Positions 24,180 to 34,232 of a stretch of 64,000 bases of DNA are shown here, piece after piece. The notes beneath the pieces were generated by a model, which saw nothing but the letters and a program-made list of their open reading frames with translations, made no database searches and had not been told where the DNA came from. Made by a program: the position numbers and the translations under genes. Location: the NCBI GenBank assembly GCA_965214705.1, contig CBDCCI010000002.1, positions 960,001-1,024,000 on the forward strand, given 5' to 3'. Positions within the stretch are counted from its first letter, which is position 1. Every line of letters begins with the position of its first letter. This stretch comes from Alphaproteobacteria bacterium (GTDB lineage: Bacteria > Pseudomonadota > Alphaproteobacteria > UBA828).

Positions 24180-25639
24180 GCGCGGGCGGCTACCGGATCA
24201 GGGGCCGCGACGGCGAGTGGGAGATCGCGGTCGGGCTGGAGGTCCACGCCCAGGTGATCTCGGAGGCCAAGCTGTTCTCCACCGCGCCCACCGCCTTCGG
24301 CGCGGAGCCCAATACGCAGGTCTCTCTGGTCGATGCCGCGATGCCCGGCATGCTGCCGGTGATCAACGGGCATTGCGTGGCGCAGGCGGTGCGCACCGGG
24401 CTCGCGCTGGAGGCCGAGATCAACCTGACATCGGTGTTCGACCGCAAGAACTACTTCTATCCCGACCTGCCACCCGGCTATCAAATCTCGCAGTACTCGC
24501 GGCCCATCGTGGGCGAGGGCCGGGTCGTGATCGACCTGGAGGACGGGTCGCAGCGGACCATCGGCATCACCCGGCTGCACCTGGAGATGGACGCCGGCAA
24601 GAGCATCCACGACCGCCGCGCGGACGCCACCTGCGTGGACCTCAACCGCGCCGGCGTCGCGCTGATGGAGATCGTCTCCGAGCCCGACATCAGGAGCCCG
24701 GAGGAAGCCGGCCTCTACCTGCGCAAGCTGCGCTCGATCCTGCGCTACATCGGCACCTGCGACGGCAACATGGAGCAGGGCTCTCTGCGCGCCGACGTCA
24801 ACGTCTCGGTGCGCCGGCCGGGCGAAGAGCTGGGCACGCGCTGCGAAGTCAAGAACCTGAACTCGGTCCGCTTCGTGATGAAGGCGATCGAGGTGGAGGC
24901 CCGCCGCCAGGTCGCAGTGCGCGAAGACGGCGGCACCATCGAGCTCGAGACCCGCCTGTTCGATGCCGAGCGGGGCGAGACCCGCTCCATGCGCTCCAAG
25001 GAGGAGGCCCACGACTACCGCTACTTCCCCGATCCCGACCTTTTGCCGCTCACCCTCGACCCCGAGTGGGTGGAGGCCGAGCGCGCCCGCCTGCCCGAGC
25101 TGCCCGACGCGAGGAAGGCGCGCTTCACGGCCGACTACGGTCTCTCCGCCTACGACGCCGGCGTGCTCGTGGCGGAGCGAGAGATCGCCGAGTATTTCGA
25201 GGCGGTTGCGGCGGGGCGCGACGGCAAGCAGGCTGCGAACTGGGTCACCGGCACGCTCTTCGGCGCGCTCAACCGGGCCGGCATCGGGATCGAGCAGAGC
25301 CCGGTCTCGGCGGCGGCCCTCGGCGCGCTGATCGACCGGGTGGCGGACGGCACGGTCTCCAACCGCGCGGCCAAGGACGTGTTCGAGGCCATGGTCTCGA
25401 CAGGGAAGGACGCCGACACCATCATCGAAGAGCAGGGGCTCAGGCAGGTGAGCGACGAGGGCGCGATCGCGGCGCTGGTGGACCAGGCGATCGCCGAGAA
25501 CCCCGACAAGGTGGCCGACTATCGCGGCGGCAAGACGAAGCTCATGGGCTGGTTCGTCGGCCAGGTGATGAAGGCGTCTGGCGGCAAGGCCAACCCGAAG
25601 GCGGTGAACGAGACGCTGCGGGCCAAGCTCGAGGGCTGA
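24176..25639 (+). CDS. gatB: Asp/Glu-tRNA amidotransferase subunit B
   Basis: [17 protein letters not shown] and [10 protein letters not shown] motifs. Confidence 0.97.
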   Translation: MSAGGYRIRGRDGEWEIAVGLEVHAQVISEAKLFSTAPTAFGAEPNTQVSLVDAAMPGMLPVINGHCVAQAVRTGLALEAEINLTSVFDRKNYFYPDLPPGYQISQYSRPIVGEGRVVIDLEDGSQRTIGITRLHLEMDAGKSIHDRRADATCVDLNRAGVALMEIVSEPDIRSPEEAGLYLRKLRSILRYIGTCDGNMEQGSLRADVNVSVRRPGEELGTRCEVKNLNSVRFVMKAIEVEARRQVAVREDGGTIELETRLFDAERGETRSMRSKEEAHDYRYFPDPDLLPLTLDPEWVEAERARLPELPDARKARFTADYGLSAYDAGVLVAEREIAEYFEAVAAGRDGKQAANWVTGTLFGALNRAGIGIEQSPVSAAALGALIDRVADGTVSNRAAKDVFEAMVSTGKDADTIIEEQGLRQVSDEGAIAALVDQAIAENPDKVADYRGGKTKLMGWFVGQVMKASGGKANPKAVNETLRAKLEG

Positions 25640-25739
25640 GCGCGCGGCGCGGGCCGAAGGCGTGGCCCCGGTAATGCTGTAGACTCCGGCGCGGCCTCCG
25701 CGCGAGGGCCGGCCCCGCTGCCGGAGCAGGAGCTGACCG

Positions 25740-26654
25740 ATGTTTCTGCCGCTCAGGGACGACAACCCGGTCAACCGGATCGGCTTCCAGTTCGTGACGG
25801 TGGGGCTGATCGCCGCCTGCACCATCATCTGGGCCGTCCAGTGGCTGGGCGGGGATCAGTTCGATGCCGAGCTGATCTTCCGCCTCGGCATGATCCCGGT
25901 GACGGTGCTCGGCGAGCTCCGGCGCGAGCCCGACATGGTGACCGTGACCCCCTGGCTCACCATCGTCACCTCCATGTTCCTGCACGGGGGCTTCATGCAC
26001 CTGTTCGGCAACATGCTCTATCTCTGGATTTTCGGGGACAACGTGGAAGACGCGATGGGCCATTGGCGCTTCGCGATCTTCTATCTGGTCTGCGGCGCGG
26101 TAGCGGCCCTCACCCACGCCGCCGTGGAGCCCGCTTCGCAGGTTCCCACCATCGGGGCGAGCGGCGCGGTCTCGGGCGTGCTCGGCGCCTACTTCATGCT
26201 TCACCCGAAGCGAGGGGTCTGGATTCTGGTCTTCTTCATGCCGATCCGCTTTCCCGCCTGGGGCGTGCTCGGGCTCTGGATCGGCTATCAGGTGTTCAAC
26301 GCGCTGGTCGCGGGCCCGGCCGGAGGCGGCGTCGCCTGGTACGCCCATATCGGCGGCTTCGCCGCTGGCGCGTTGCTGGTGGTGCCGCTGCGCAAGCGCG
26401 GCGTGCCGCTCTTCGACCGCGGTTACGTGCGGCACCGGAGGCGGACGGCATACCGGCCGCCACCTGAGGCCGAGACCCCCGGAGCGGGGCCGTGGGAGGA
26501 GCCGCCCACGGATCCGACCGTCAATCCAGAAGCCGACGGCGACGCACCGTGGCAGGAGCCGCCCCGCAACCGGCCCAACGGCGGCGGCGGGCCGGACCAC
26601 CGCAGCGGTCCCTGGGGGCGGCGGCCCCGGGGCCCCTGGTCGCGGAGGGACTGA
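25740..26654 (+). CDS. Rhomboid intramembrane serine protease with Pro/Trp-repeat C-terminal tail
   Basis: FLHGGFMHLFGNM, GASG (Ser) and AHIGG (His) motifs. Confidence 0.9.
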   Translation: MFLPLRDDNPVNRIGFQFVTVGLIAACTIIWAVQWLGGDQFDAELIFRLGMIPVTVLGELRREPDMVTVTPWLTIVTSMFLHGGFMHLFGNMLYLWIFGDNVEDAMGHWRFAIFYLVCGAVAALTHAAVEPASQVPTIGASGAVSGVLGAYFMLHPKRGVWILVFFMPIRFPAWGVLGLWIGYQVFNALVAGPAGGGVAWYAHIGGFAAGALLVVPLRKRGVPLFDRGYVRHRRRTAYRPPPEAETPGAGPWEEPPTDPTVNPEADGDAPWQEPPRNRPNGGGGPDHRSGPWGRRPRGPWSRRD

Positions 26655-26657
26655 GCC

Positions 26658-26864
26658 ATCGGCAACGAACGAAAGAGCGACTACTTCGCCGACCGCATCC
26701 GCGCCGAGCTTGCGTTCGCGCGCTCACGCGGCGCCCGCGATCCGGAGGCGCTGGCGGAGCACCTCAACGCCCGCGGCTTCCTCACCCGCGACGGCCGGCG
26801 CTGGACCGCCGCCGATGTCGAGGCCGCAACCCGCCGACCGCCCAAACCGAAGCCGGAGTCTTAA
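26658..26864 (+). CDS. Small recombinase-like helix-turn-helix protein (68 aa), not in the ORF track, non-canonical ATC start
   Basis: Translates IGNERKSDYFADRIRAELAFARSRGARDPEALAEHLNARGFLTRDGRRWTAADVEAATRRPPKPKPES*; GGAGGG at 26644-26649 lies 8 nt before the ATC. Confidence 0.6.
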   Translation: MGNERKSDYFADRIRAELAFARSRGARDPEALAEHLNARGFLTRDGRRWTAADVEAATRRPPKPKPES

Positions 26865-26869
26865 CCGGA

Positions 26870-28573
26870 TTACTCAGCGGCCTCGGCGGCGTGGCCGTAG
26901 CTCTCGGCGGCGGCGGACGGCGAGACGAAGCCTTCGCGCACGTCTTCGTCAACCATTTCTTGCGGCCGCTCCGTCACCGGACCGTAGCCCCCGCCGCCGC
27001 CCGAGAGCAGGCGGACCCGGTCGCCCCGGCGGACAGAAACGTTGCCGAACTTGCTGGGCGAGACCTTGCCGTGACCCTCGCAGACGTCCTTCCAGGCGTT
27101 CTCGTTCGCCTTCTTGATGAGCAGCGCGGCCGATCCCCCGGAACCGCCGCCGAGCAGGCCCCACGGGGCCTTCCGGTGGCGGTCGCCCATGTAGCTGAGG
27201 ATGATTTCGTCGGCCGTGCATTCCAGCGTCTTGGTCGAGCCGAGGCCGCCCCGGTACTTGCCGGCACCGCCCGAATCCTCGGTCAGCGAGAGGTTCTCGA
27301 CGAGCCAGGGGTAGCGGCTCTCGTAGACCTCGACCGGGACGGTGCGGCAGTTGCCGTTGATGCAGTTGCAGGTGTCGTTGCCGTCGGCGAAGGGGCGCCC
27401 GCCCCAGCCCGCGACCATGAAGTCGTAGCAGACATAAAACTCGTCGTTCTCGGGGTCGTGGCCGCCGAAGAGGAAGTTGCCGTGGGTGCCGGCGTCGGTG
27501 GCGAACGCGCGCTCCGGCAGGCAGCGGGACATCGCCCCGATCACCGTGAAGCAGATGCGGACGTGGGTCTCCGTGTTGCCGCCCACCTCCGGCGCCGGGT
27601 AGTCCACGTTGACCACGGTCGCCGGCCGCGCGAGCACGCGGATCGGCCGGTAGCAGCCCGCGTTGCGCGGGATCGACGGATCGGTCAGATGCAGCATGGC
27701 GTTGTAGGTGGCGGAGCAGGTGACGCCGAGGGTCGCGTTGATCGCGCCCTTCGCTTGGGCATCGCTGCGGCGCCAATCTGCGATGATCTCGTCGCCCTGC
27801 ACCACCATGTCGACGGCAATCTTGTAGGGCCGGGCGTCGATCCCGTCGTCCTCCATGTAGTCCTCGAAGGAGTACTGGCCGTCGGGGATCGCCGCGATCT
27901 CGGCCCGCATCCGGGCTTCGGAGTAGTCCATGAGGTCGGCGACGGTCTGCTGGAAGAGCGGCACGCCGTACTTCCGGATCAGCGCGGCCATGCGCTCGGC
28001 GCCGAGCTCGCAGGCGCTGATCATGGCCCGATAGTCGCCGTAGTTGTAGCGAGGGGTGCGGACGTTCGCGAGCAATAGCTTCCAGACCTCGTCCACGTCC
28101 TTTCCCTGCTTTTTGATCTTGACCGGGGGCACGCGCAGCCCCTCGTGGAAGATCTCCGTGGCTTCGCTGGCGAAGCCGCCCGGCACCATGCCGCCGACCT
28201 CGGCGACATGTCCGATCGCCGCCGCATAGCCCATGAATTTGCCGTCGACGAAAATGGGCGTGAAGAAGGTGTGCTCCGGCGTGTGCAGCCCGCCCCGGTA
28301 CGGGTCGTTGTGCATGATGACGTCGCCCTCGTGCACCGGCTCGTTCGCCATCTCGCGGATGCAGGTCTTGATCAGGAGAGACATGCCGCCGATCTGCGCC
28401 GGGCAGTAGTCGGCGACCGCGATCATGTCGCCGTTGGCGTCGGCAATGGCGCAGCTGAAGTCGAGCGATTCGTTGAAGATCGTCGAATATGACGTCTTCA
28501 TCATGGTGATCCCCATCTCCCGGCAGATGGAGAGCATCGTCGATTCGACGATGTTCATCGTGACGACATCCAT
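26870..28573 (-). CDS. Hydantoinase B/oxoprolinase family protein
   Basis: ESLDFSCAI, NDPYRGGLHTPE, EIFHEGL, DSGGAGKYRGGLG and GGGGYG motifs. Confidence 0.9.
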   Translation of the reverse strand: MDVVTMNIVESTMLSICREMGITMMKTSYSTIFNESLDFSCAIADANGDMIAVADYCPAQIGGMSLLIKTCIREMANEPVHEGDVIMHNDPYRGGLHTPEHTFFTPIFVDGKFMGYAAAIGHVAEVGGMVPGGFASEATEIFHEGLRVPPVKIKKQGKDVDEVWKLLLANVRTPRYNYGDYRAMISACELGAERMAALIRKYGVPLFQQTVADLMDYSEARMRAEIAAIPDGQYSFEDYMEDDGIDARPYKIAVDMVVQGDEIIADWRRSDAQAKGAINATLGVTCSATYNAMLHLTDPSIPRNAGCYRPIRVLARPATVVNVDYPAPEVGGNTETHVRICFTVIGAMSRCLPERAFATDAGTHGNFLFGGHDPENDEFYVCYDFMVAGWGGRPFADGNDTCNCINGNCRTVPVEVYESRYPWLVENLSLTEDSGGAGKYRGGLGSTKTLECTADEIILSYMGDRHRKAPWGLLGGGSGGSAALLIKKANENAWKDVCEGHGKVSPSKFGNVSVRRGDRVRLLSGGGGGYGPVTERPQEMVDEDVREGFVSPSAAAESYGHAAEAAE

Positions 28574-28722
28574 GGCTCCCTCCTCGGTCCCGCGCCTATT
28601 CTAGCGGGCGCTGATCGCGGCGCCCAAGAGCGGGAGTTCCGCCAACAAGTGTGCGGCCTATACAGCGCCGTGGCCCGCGGGGCATGCTGGGCGAAGAATT
28701 CGTCATCGCGGCGGGGGAGTCG

Positions 28723-28974
28723 ATGAACGACCGCCACCTGAGCGCCGACGAGGTGGCCCGGTTCCAGGACGACGGCTACCTGCATAAGCCGGCGCTCTTC
28801 GATGCCGAGGAGGTCGCGCTGATGCGCCAGGCGCTCGCGAACGACGCGGGCATCGCCGACCAGCGCAACACCATGGCGATGCACGACGCCGACGGCAGCG
28901 TTACCACGACCGTGCTGTGGACCGACCCCGGCGACGACCTGTTCGGGGCGATCGCGCGCGAAGTATCTGTGTGA
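28723..28974 (+). pseudogene. Truncated phytanoyl-CoA dioxygenase (PhyH/EctD-like) gene, N-terminus only
   Basis: LSADEVARFQDDGYL...LFDAEEV...LWTDPGDDLFGAIAR, then a stop after 83 aa, before any HxD motif. Confidence 0.65.
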
Positions 28975-29052
28975 AGTCGCGGCGAAATTGGGTACTCAAG
29001 GCCGTGACCGGGCCAGTGTGATGGAATACGAGAGGCAACAGGGATAGTTCCG

Positions 29053-30747
29053 ATGCCGCAAAGCGCACGAAAGGCCGCCGCGGCAGGCAACATGGATGCC
29101 TCTTCCGATACTCCGAAGGAGAAAGACCGGCTGCGGTTCGTGATTTGCGGCGCCGCGGACGGAGGCAAATCGACCCTGCTCGACCGTCTGTTGGACGAGG
29201 CGCGGGCCGTGTTCGAGGACGGCCCGCGGGCGGATCAGGGACCGGGCATCGCCACCGACGTCGCCTGGCGCCAATTCGACACAGATAAGCGCAAGTTCAT
29301 GGCAGCGGCCCCGCCCGGTCACGAGCAGTACGCGTGCAACGTGGCGATGGGCGCTGCGTCGGCGGACCTGGCGGTCATCCTGGTGGACGCGCGCACGGGC
29401 ATTCCGACCCAGACCCGGTTCCACAGCCAAATCGTCGCCCTCATGGGCGTGCGGCAGATTGTTCTCGCGGTCAACAAGATGGACCTGGCCGGCTGCGCAC
29501 AGCCGGTCTTCGAGGCCATCGCGGAGGAATACGCGGCCTTCGCCCATGAACTCGGGATCGAGAACGTCCATGCGATCCCGCTTTCCGCCTTGACCGGCGA
29601 GAACGTGCGCGCGGGCGGGAGTGCCATGCCCTGGTATGCCGGCCCGACGCTCATGGAGGCGCTGGAAGATGCGGACTCGGGAAGCGACCTCGCGGGCGGT
29701 CCCTTTCGCCTGCCGGTGCAGCGGGTGGACCGCCTCGATCCCGACTCGCGCGCACTTGGCGGCACCATCGCCTCGGGGCGCGGCGATGTCATTGCCGACC
29801 CGATCCGGCCGCCGACCGCCGCCGACCAGTTTGCCGCCCATCTGCTCTGGCTGGACAAATCCGCGATGCTGCCTGGACGGACCTACGCCATCCGGATCGG
29901 CACCGCGTCGGCGACGGCACAAATCACCGACCTGGTCCACAGGGTGGACGTGGACACGCTGAGGCACCTCGCGGCGAAGACGCTCGAGCGCGACGAGGTC
30001 GGCTATTGCAAGCTCGCACTCGACCAACGGGTAGCCTTCGACCCCCATACCGAGAACCGCCGCACCGGCGCTTTCGTACTGATCGACAAGTTCACCGGTG
30101 CCACGGCCGGTATCGGCGTCATCCACTTCCCGCTGCGCCGCGCCACCAATGTCGTCTGGCAGCCCTCGAAGATCGACCGGGCGGCGCGGGCGCATGCCAA
30201 GGGCCAGATGCCCCGTTTGCTGTGGATTACGGGCCTGCCGGCCGCGGGGAAATCGACGGTCGCCGACCGGCTGGAGCAGAAACTGCACGCTGCCGGCGTC
30301 CACACCTATCTGCTGGATGGCGACAATGTGCGGCATGGCCTGAACCGTGATCTCGGCTTCACCGAGCAAGACCGCGTGGAGAACGTCCGGCGCGTTGCCG
30401 AGGTCGCGAAACTGATGGTGGACGCGGGACTTGTCGTCATCGTCTCCATGATCTCGCCGTTCAGATCCGAACGTCGGATGGCGCGGGACCTTGTGAGCGA
30501 AGGCGAGTTTGTCGAGATCTTCGTCAATACGCCGCTTGCAGTTTGCGAGTCGCGCGACCCGAAGGGGCTCTACAAGAGGGCGCGCGCGGCTGAGCTCATC
30601 AACTTCACCGGTATCGATTCGCCCTATGAGCCCCCCGAGGCCGCCGAGATTATCCTGAAGGGCGCGGAAGAGGACCCCGACACCCTTGCAGACCGGGTCG
30701 TCGACTACCTGAACGTCAGTCGGAACATTGCGCCCGACGCATCCTGA
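29053..30747 (+). CDS. cysC: CysN/CysC (NodQ-like) fusion: degenerate CysN GTPase plus intact adenylyl-sulfate kinase
   Basis: The CysN part retains NKMD and SAL but has altered G1/G2/G3 motifs. The CysC part has [22 protein letters not shown] and RDPKGLY. Confidence 0.85.
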   Translation: MPQSARKAAAAGNMDASSDTPKEKDRLRFVICGAADGGKSTLLDRLLDEARAVFEDGPRADQGPGIATDVAWRQFDTDKRKFMAAAPPGHEQYACNVAMGAASADLAVILVDARTGIPTQTRFHSQIVALMGVRQIVLAVNKMDLAGCAQPVFEAIAEEYAAFAHELGIENVHAIPLSALTGENVRAGGSAMPWYAGPTLMEALEDADSGSDLAGGPFRLPVQRVDRLDPDSRALGGTIASGRGDVIADPIRPPTAADQFAAHLLWLDKSAMLPGRTYAIRIGTASATAQITDLVHRVDVDTLRHLAAKTLERDEVGYCKLALDQRVAFDPHTENRRTGAFVLIDKFTGATAGIGVIHFPLRRATNVVWQPSKIDRAARAHAKGQMPRLLWITGLPAAGKSTVADRLEQKLHAAGVHTYLLDGDNVRHGLNRDLGFTEQDRVENVRRVAEVAKLMVDAGLVVIVSMISPFRSERRMARDLVSEGEFVEIFVNTPLAVCESRDPKGLYKRARAAELINFTGIDSPYEPPEAAEIILKGAEEDPDTLADRVVDYLNVSRNIAPDAS

Positions 30748-30774
30748 GGGGCCGCCACGCATGGCAGCCCCTAC
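30747..30774 (-). repeat. GTAG-type REP-like hairpin
   Basis: Minus strand reads GTAGGGGCTGCCA-TGCG-TGGCGGCCCCT; single copy in the window. Confidence 0.4.
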
Positions 30775-30858
30775 GGATAGGTATACGCACAACTGTTGCC
30801 CGCCTCTTGGTCATAGGCGTATACAGGGCCGGCCACGGGCCACGCGCCAGGGGTGGCA

Positions 30859-31293
30859 ATGTCAGACCAGCGAATTGCCATTGCTTCCGACCACGCAGGC
30901 GTCAGCCTCAAGGCGGTGCTGCGCGCCGACCTGGAAGCTGCGGGACGCGAGATCGTCGACTTGGGGCCCGACGGCGACGGCCCGGTCGACTATCCCGACT
31001 ATGCGCAGGCGCTGGCGAGTGAAATCGAGAGCGGACGTGCCGACCGGGGCGTCCTGATCTGCGGGAGCGGCATCGGCATGAGCATCGCAGTCAACCGCAG
31101 CCGTGCGGTGCGCGGCGCGCTCTGCCACGATGCAGACGAGGCGCGGCTCGCGCGCGCTCACAACGACGCCAACGTTCTCGCGCTGGGGGCGCGGCGCGTG
31201 TCGGAGGAGACAGCGCGCCGCTGCCTGCAGGCGTTCCTGGACACCGAATTCGAGGGCGGCCGCCACCAAGCGCGCGTCGCCAAGCTCTCCTGA
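30859..31293 (+). CDS. rpiB: Ribose-5-phosphate isomerase B
   Basis: [26 protein letters not shown] and FEGGRH motifs. Confidence 0.95.
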   Translation: MSDQRIAIASDHAGVSLKAVLRADLEAAGREIVDLGPDGDGPVDYPDYAQALASEIESGRADRGVLICGSGIGMSIAVNRSRAVRGALCHDADEARLARAHNDANVLALGARRVSEETARRCLQAFLDTEFEGGRHQARVAKLS

Positions 31294-31316
31294 GCGAACG
31301 AGAAAGGAAAACGACC

Positions 31317-32627
31317 TTGGCTGCTTCCACGCGCCCCGAGAGCGGGGCCGGGACTTCGTTCTTCACCAGCGGACTGCAGGAGGCCGATGCGGCGGTGTAC
31401 GCGGCGGTCTCCGGCGAGGTCGAGCGCCTGCAGACCACCATCGAGCTGATCGCGTCGGAGAATATCGTGAGCCGCGCGGTGCTGGAGGCGCAGGGCTCGG
31501 TGCTCACCAACAAGTATGCCGAGGGCTATCCCGGCCGGCGCTACTACGGCGGCTGCGAGAACGTCGATATCGGCGAGAGCCTGGCCATCGAGCGCGCGAT
31601 CGCGATCTTCGGCTGCGGCTTCGCCAACGTGCAGCCCCATTCCGGCGCGCAGGCCAACCAGGCGGCCTTTCTCGCGACGCTGGAGCCCGGCGACGCCTTT
31701 CTCGGTCTCTCGCTCGCAGCCGGCGGGCACCTCACCCACGGGGCGCCGCCCAATCTCTCCGGCAAGTGGTTCAGGGCGATCCAGTACGGCGTGGGCCGCG
31801 AGGACGGCCTGATCGATTTCGACGAGGTGGCGGCGCTGGCGGAGGCCGAGAAGCCCAAGCTGATCCTCGCAGGCGGCTCGGCTTATCCCCGCATCATCGA
31901 CTTCGCGCGCTTCCGCAAGATCGCGGATGCGGTGGATGCGGTCTTCATGGTGGACATGGCCCATTTCGCAGGGCTGGTCGCCGCCGGGATCCATCCGAGC
32001 CCCTTCCCCCACGCCCATATCGTCACCACCACGACCCACAAGACCCTGCGCGGCCCGCGCGGCGGCATGATCCTGACCGACGACGAGGCGCTGGCGAAGC
32101 GGATCAACTCGGCGGTCTTCCCCGGCCTCCAGGGCGGGCCGCTGGAGCACGTGATCGCGGCCAAGGCGGTGGCGCTGGGCGAGGCGATGACGCCCGCGTT
32201 CAAGGACTACGCCCGGCAGGTGGTGGACAACGCCAAGGTGCTGGCGAGCGCGCTTATGGAGCGCGGCTACGACATCGTCTCCGGCGGCACCGACACGCAC
32301 CTCCTGCTCGTCGACCTGCGCGCCAAGGAGCTCACCGGCAAGGTGGCGGAGGCGGTGCTGGAGCACGCCGGGATCACCTGCAACAAGAACGGCGTCCCCT
32401 TCGATCCCCAGAAGCCGTGGATCACCTCCGGCATCAGGCTCGGCACCCCGGCGGCGACCAGCCGCGGCTTCGGCACGGCCGAGTTCCGGCGGATCGCCGG
32501 CTGGATCGCCGACCTGCTCGACCGCGAGGCCGACGCGGCGGGCAGCAGCGAGGAACTCGCGGCAGAGATTCGCGAGGAGGTCCGCGCGCTCTGCGCCGCT
32601 TTCCCGGTCTACCCCGGTCACGCCTGA
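31317..32627 (+). CDS. glyA: Serine hydroxymethyltransferase
   Basis: [22 protein letters not shown] and [14 protein letters not shown] motifs; TTG start after AGGA. Confidence 0.97.
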   Translation: MAASTRPESGAGTSFFTSGLQEADAAVYAAVSGEVERLQTTIELIASENIVSRAVLEAQGSVLTNKYAEGYPGRRYYGGCENVDIGESLAIERAIAIFGCGFANVQPHSGAQANQAAFLATLEPGDAFLGLSLAAGGHLTHGAPPNLSGKWFRAIQYGVGREDGLIDFDEVAALAEAEKPKLILAGGSAYPRIIDFARFRKIADAVDAVFMVDMAHFAGLVAAGIHPSPFPHAHIVTTTTHKTLRGPRGGMILTDDEALAKRINSAVFPGLQGGPLEHVIAAKAVALGEAMTPAFKDYARQVVDNAKVLASALMERGYDIVSGGTDTHLLLVDLRAKELTGKVAEAVLEHAGITCNKNGVPFDPQKPWITSGIRLGTPAATSRGFGTAEFRRIAGWIADLLDREADAAGSSEELAAEIREEVRALCAAFPVYPGHA

Positions 32628-32640
32628 GAGGAGGCTCGCC

Positions 32641-33099
32641 GTGCGCTGTCCGTTCTGCGGCAATGAAGACACGCAGGTGAAGGATTCGCGGCCGACGGAG
32701 GACAACACCGCGATCCGCCGCCGCCGGCAATGCACCAACTGCGCCGGCCGCTTCACCACCTTCGAGAGGATCCAGCTGCGCGAGCTCTCGGTGATCAAGA
32801 GCAACGGCCAGCGAGTCCCCTTCGAGCGCGAGAAGATGGCGCGCTCGATGCAGATCGCGCTGCGCAAGCGGCCAGTGGAGCCCGACCGGGTCGATCACAT
32901 CGTGACCGGCATCGTGCGCCGGCTGGAGAGCCTGGGCGAGACCGAGATCCCGAGCACGGTGATCGGGGAGATGGTGATGGAGGCGCTCTCGGGCCTCGAT
33001 CAGGTCGCCTACGTGCGCTTCGCCTCGGTCTACCGGAACTTCGGCGAGAAGAAGGACTTCGAGGAGTTCATCGGCGGCCTCGCCGACGAGCGGGACTGA
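32641..33099 (+). CDS. nrdR: Transcriptional repressor NrdR
   Basis: CPFC...DSR...IRRRRQC zinc ribbon, ATP-cone and [10 protein letters not shown] motif. Confidence 0.97.
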   Translation: MRCPFCGNEDTQVKDSRPTEDNTAIRRRRQCTNCAGRFTTFERIQLRELSVIKSNGQRVPFEREKMARSMQIALRKRPVEPDRVDHIVTGIVRRLESLGETEIPSTVIGEMVMEALSGLDQVAYVRFASVYRNFGEKKDFEEFIGGLADERD

Positions 33100-33103
33100 G
33101 GGC

Positions 33104-34222
33104 GTGGCGGCGGCCGATCCGTCACTCGACCGCCGCTTCATGGCGCTGGCATTGGCTCTCGCAGGGCGGGGCCTCGGCAACGTGTGGCCCAACCCCGCGG
33201 TGGGCTGCGTGCTCGTGCAAGGCGCGCACATCGTCGGCCGGGGCTGGACCCAGCCGGGCGGCCGGCCCCATGCCGAGACCGAGGCGCTCGCCCGCGCGGG
33301 CGACGGCGCGCAAGGCGCCACCTGCTACACCACCCTGGAGCCCTGCGCCCACCACGGCGAGACCGGCCCCTGCGCCGACGCGCTAATCGAGGCTGGGATC
33401 GCGCGCGCTGTCGTCGCGGTCGAAGACCCGGATCCCCGCGTCGCGGGCCGCGGAAGCGTCATGCTCGAAGACGCGGGCATCAAGGTTACTCGCGGCTGCA
33501 TGGAGGATGAGGCGCGGGCACTCAACGCGGGCTTCCTCTCGCGCGTGGAGAAGGGCAGGCCCCACGTGACGCTCAAGCTCGCGAGCACGCTGGACGGGCG
33601 GATCGGGACGCATACGGGCGACAGCCGCTGGATCACCGGCCCGCTGGCTCGGGCGCGCGGGCACCTGCTCAGGGCCCAGAACGACGCCGTGATGGTGGGG
33701 GCCGCGAGCGCACTCGCCGACGACCCGGCGCTCACTTGCCGGTTGCTGGGCCTGGGCAGCCAGAGCCCGGTCCGAGTCGTGATCGACGGCAGCGAGCGGT
33801 TGCCGGCCAGCCACGCGCTGATCGCCGATGCCGGCGCACATCCGACGTGGATTGTCTCGACCCAGGAACTCGGCGGCGGCGGGCGGCACGCGGACTGGCG
33901 CGAGGCGGGCGCAGACGTCATCGAGGTGGCGGCGGAGGCGGACGGGCGACCGGCGCTCAAGGCCGCGCTGGAAGCGCTGGCGGGGCGCGGCCTCACCCGA
34001 GTCCTGGTCGAGGGCGGCGGCCGGCTCGCGGCGGCGCTGCTCTGCGCCGGCCTGGTGGATCGCATCGAATGGTTCCGCGCGCCAGGCGCCATCGGCGGCG
34101 ACGGCGTGCCGGCGCTTGCCGCGCTCGGCGTCGAGCGCGCCGACGACATGCCTCGCTTCCGCCGCGTCTCCTCGGCCGCGCTCGGCGAGGACGTGCTGGA
34201 CACCCTGGTGCCGGCGGGCTGA
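33104..34222 (+). CDS. ribD: Riboflavin biosynthesis deaminase/reductase
   Basis: PNPAVGC, HAE, TLEPCAHHGETGPC and VEGG motifs. Confidence 0.95.
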   Translation: MAAADPSLDRRFMALALALAGRGLGNVWPNPAVGCVLVQGAHIVGRGWTQPGGRPHAETEALARAGDGAQGATCYTTLEPCAHHGETGPCADALIEAGIARAVVAVEDPDPRVAGRGSVMLEDAGIKVTRGCMEDEARALNAGFLSRVEKGRPHVTLKLASTLDGRIGTHTGDSRWITGPLARARGHLLRAQNDAVMVGAASALADDPALTCRLLGLGSQSPVRVVIDGSERLPASHALIADAGAHPTWIVSTQELGGGGRHADWREAGADVIEVAAEADGRPALKAALEALAGRGLTRVLVEGGGRLAAALLCAGLVDRIEWFRAPGAIGGDGVPALAALGVERADDMPRFRRVSSAALGEDVLDTLVPAG

Positions 34223-34232
34223 GAGGGGCGCC

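Noticed and set aside
33099-33104. Possible FMN riboswitch before the rib genes
   Set aside because: ribD starts 4 bp after nrdR, leaving no room, and I saw no riboswitch consensus.
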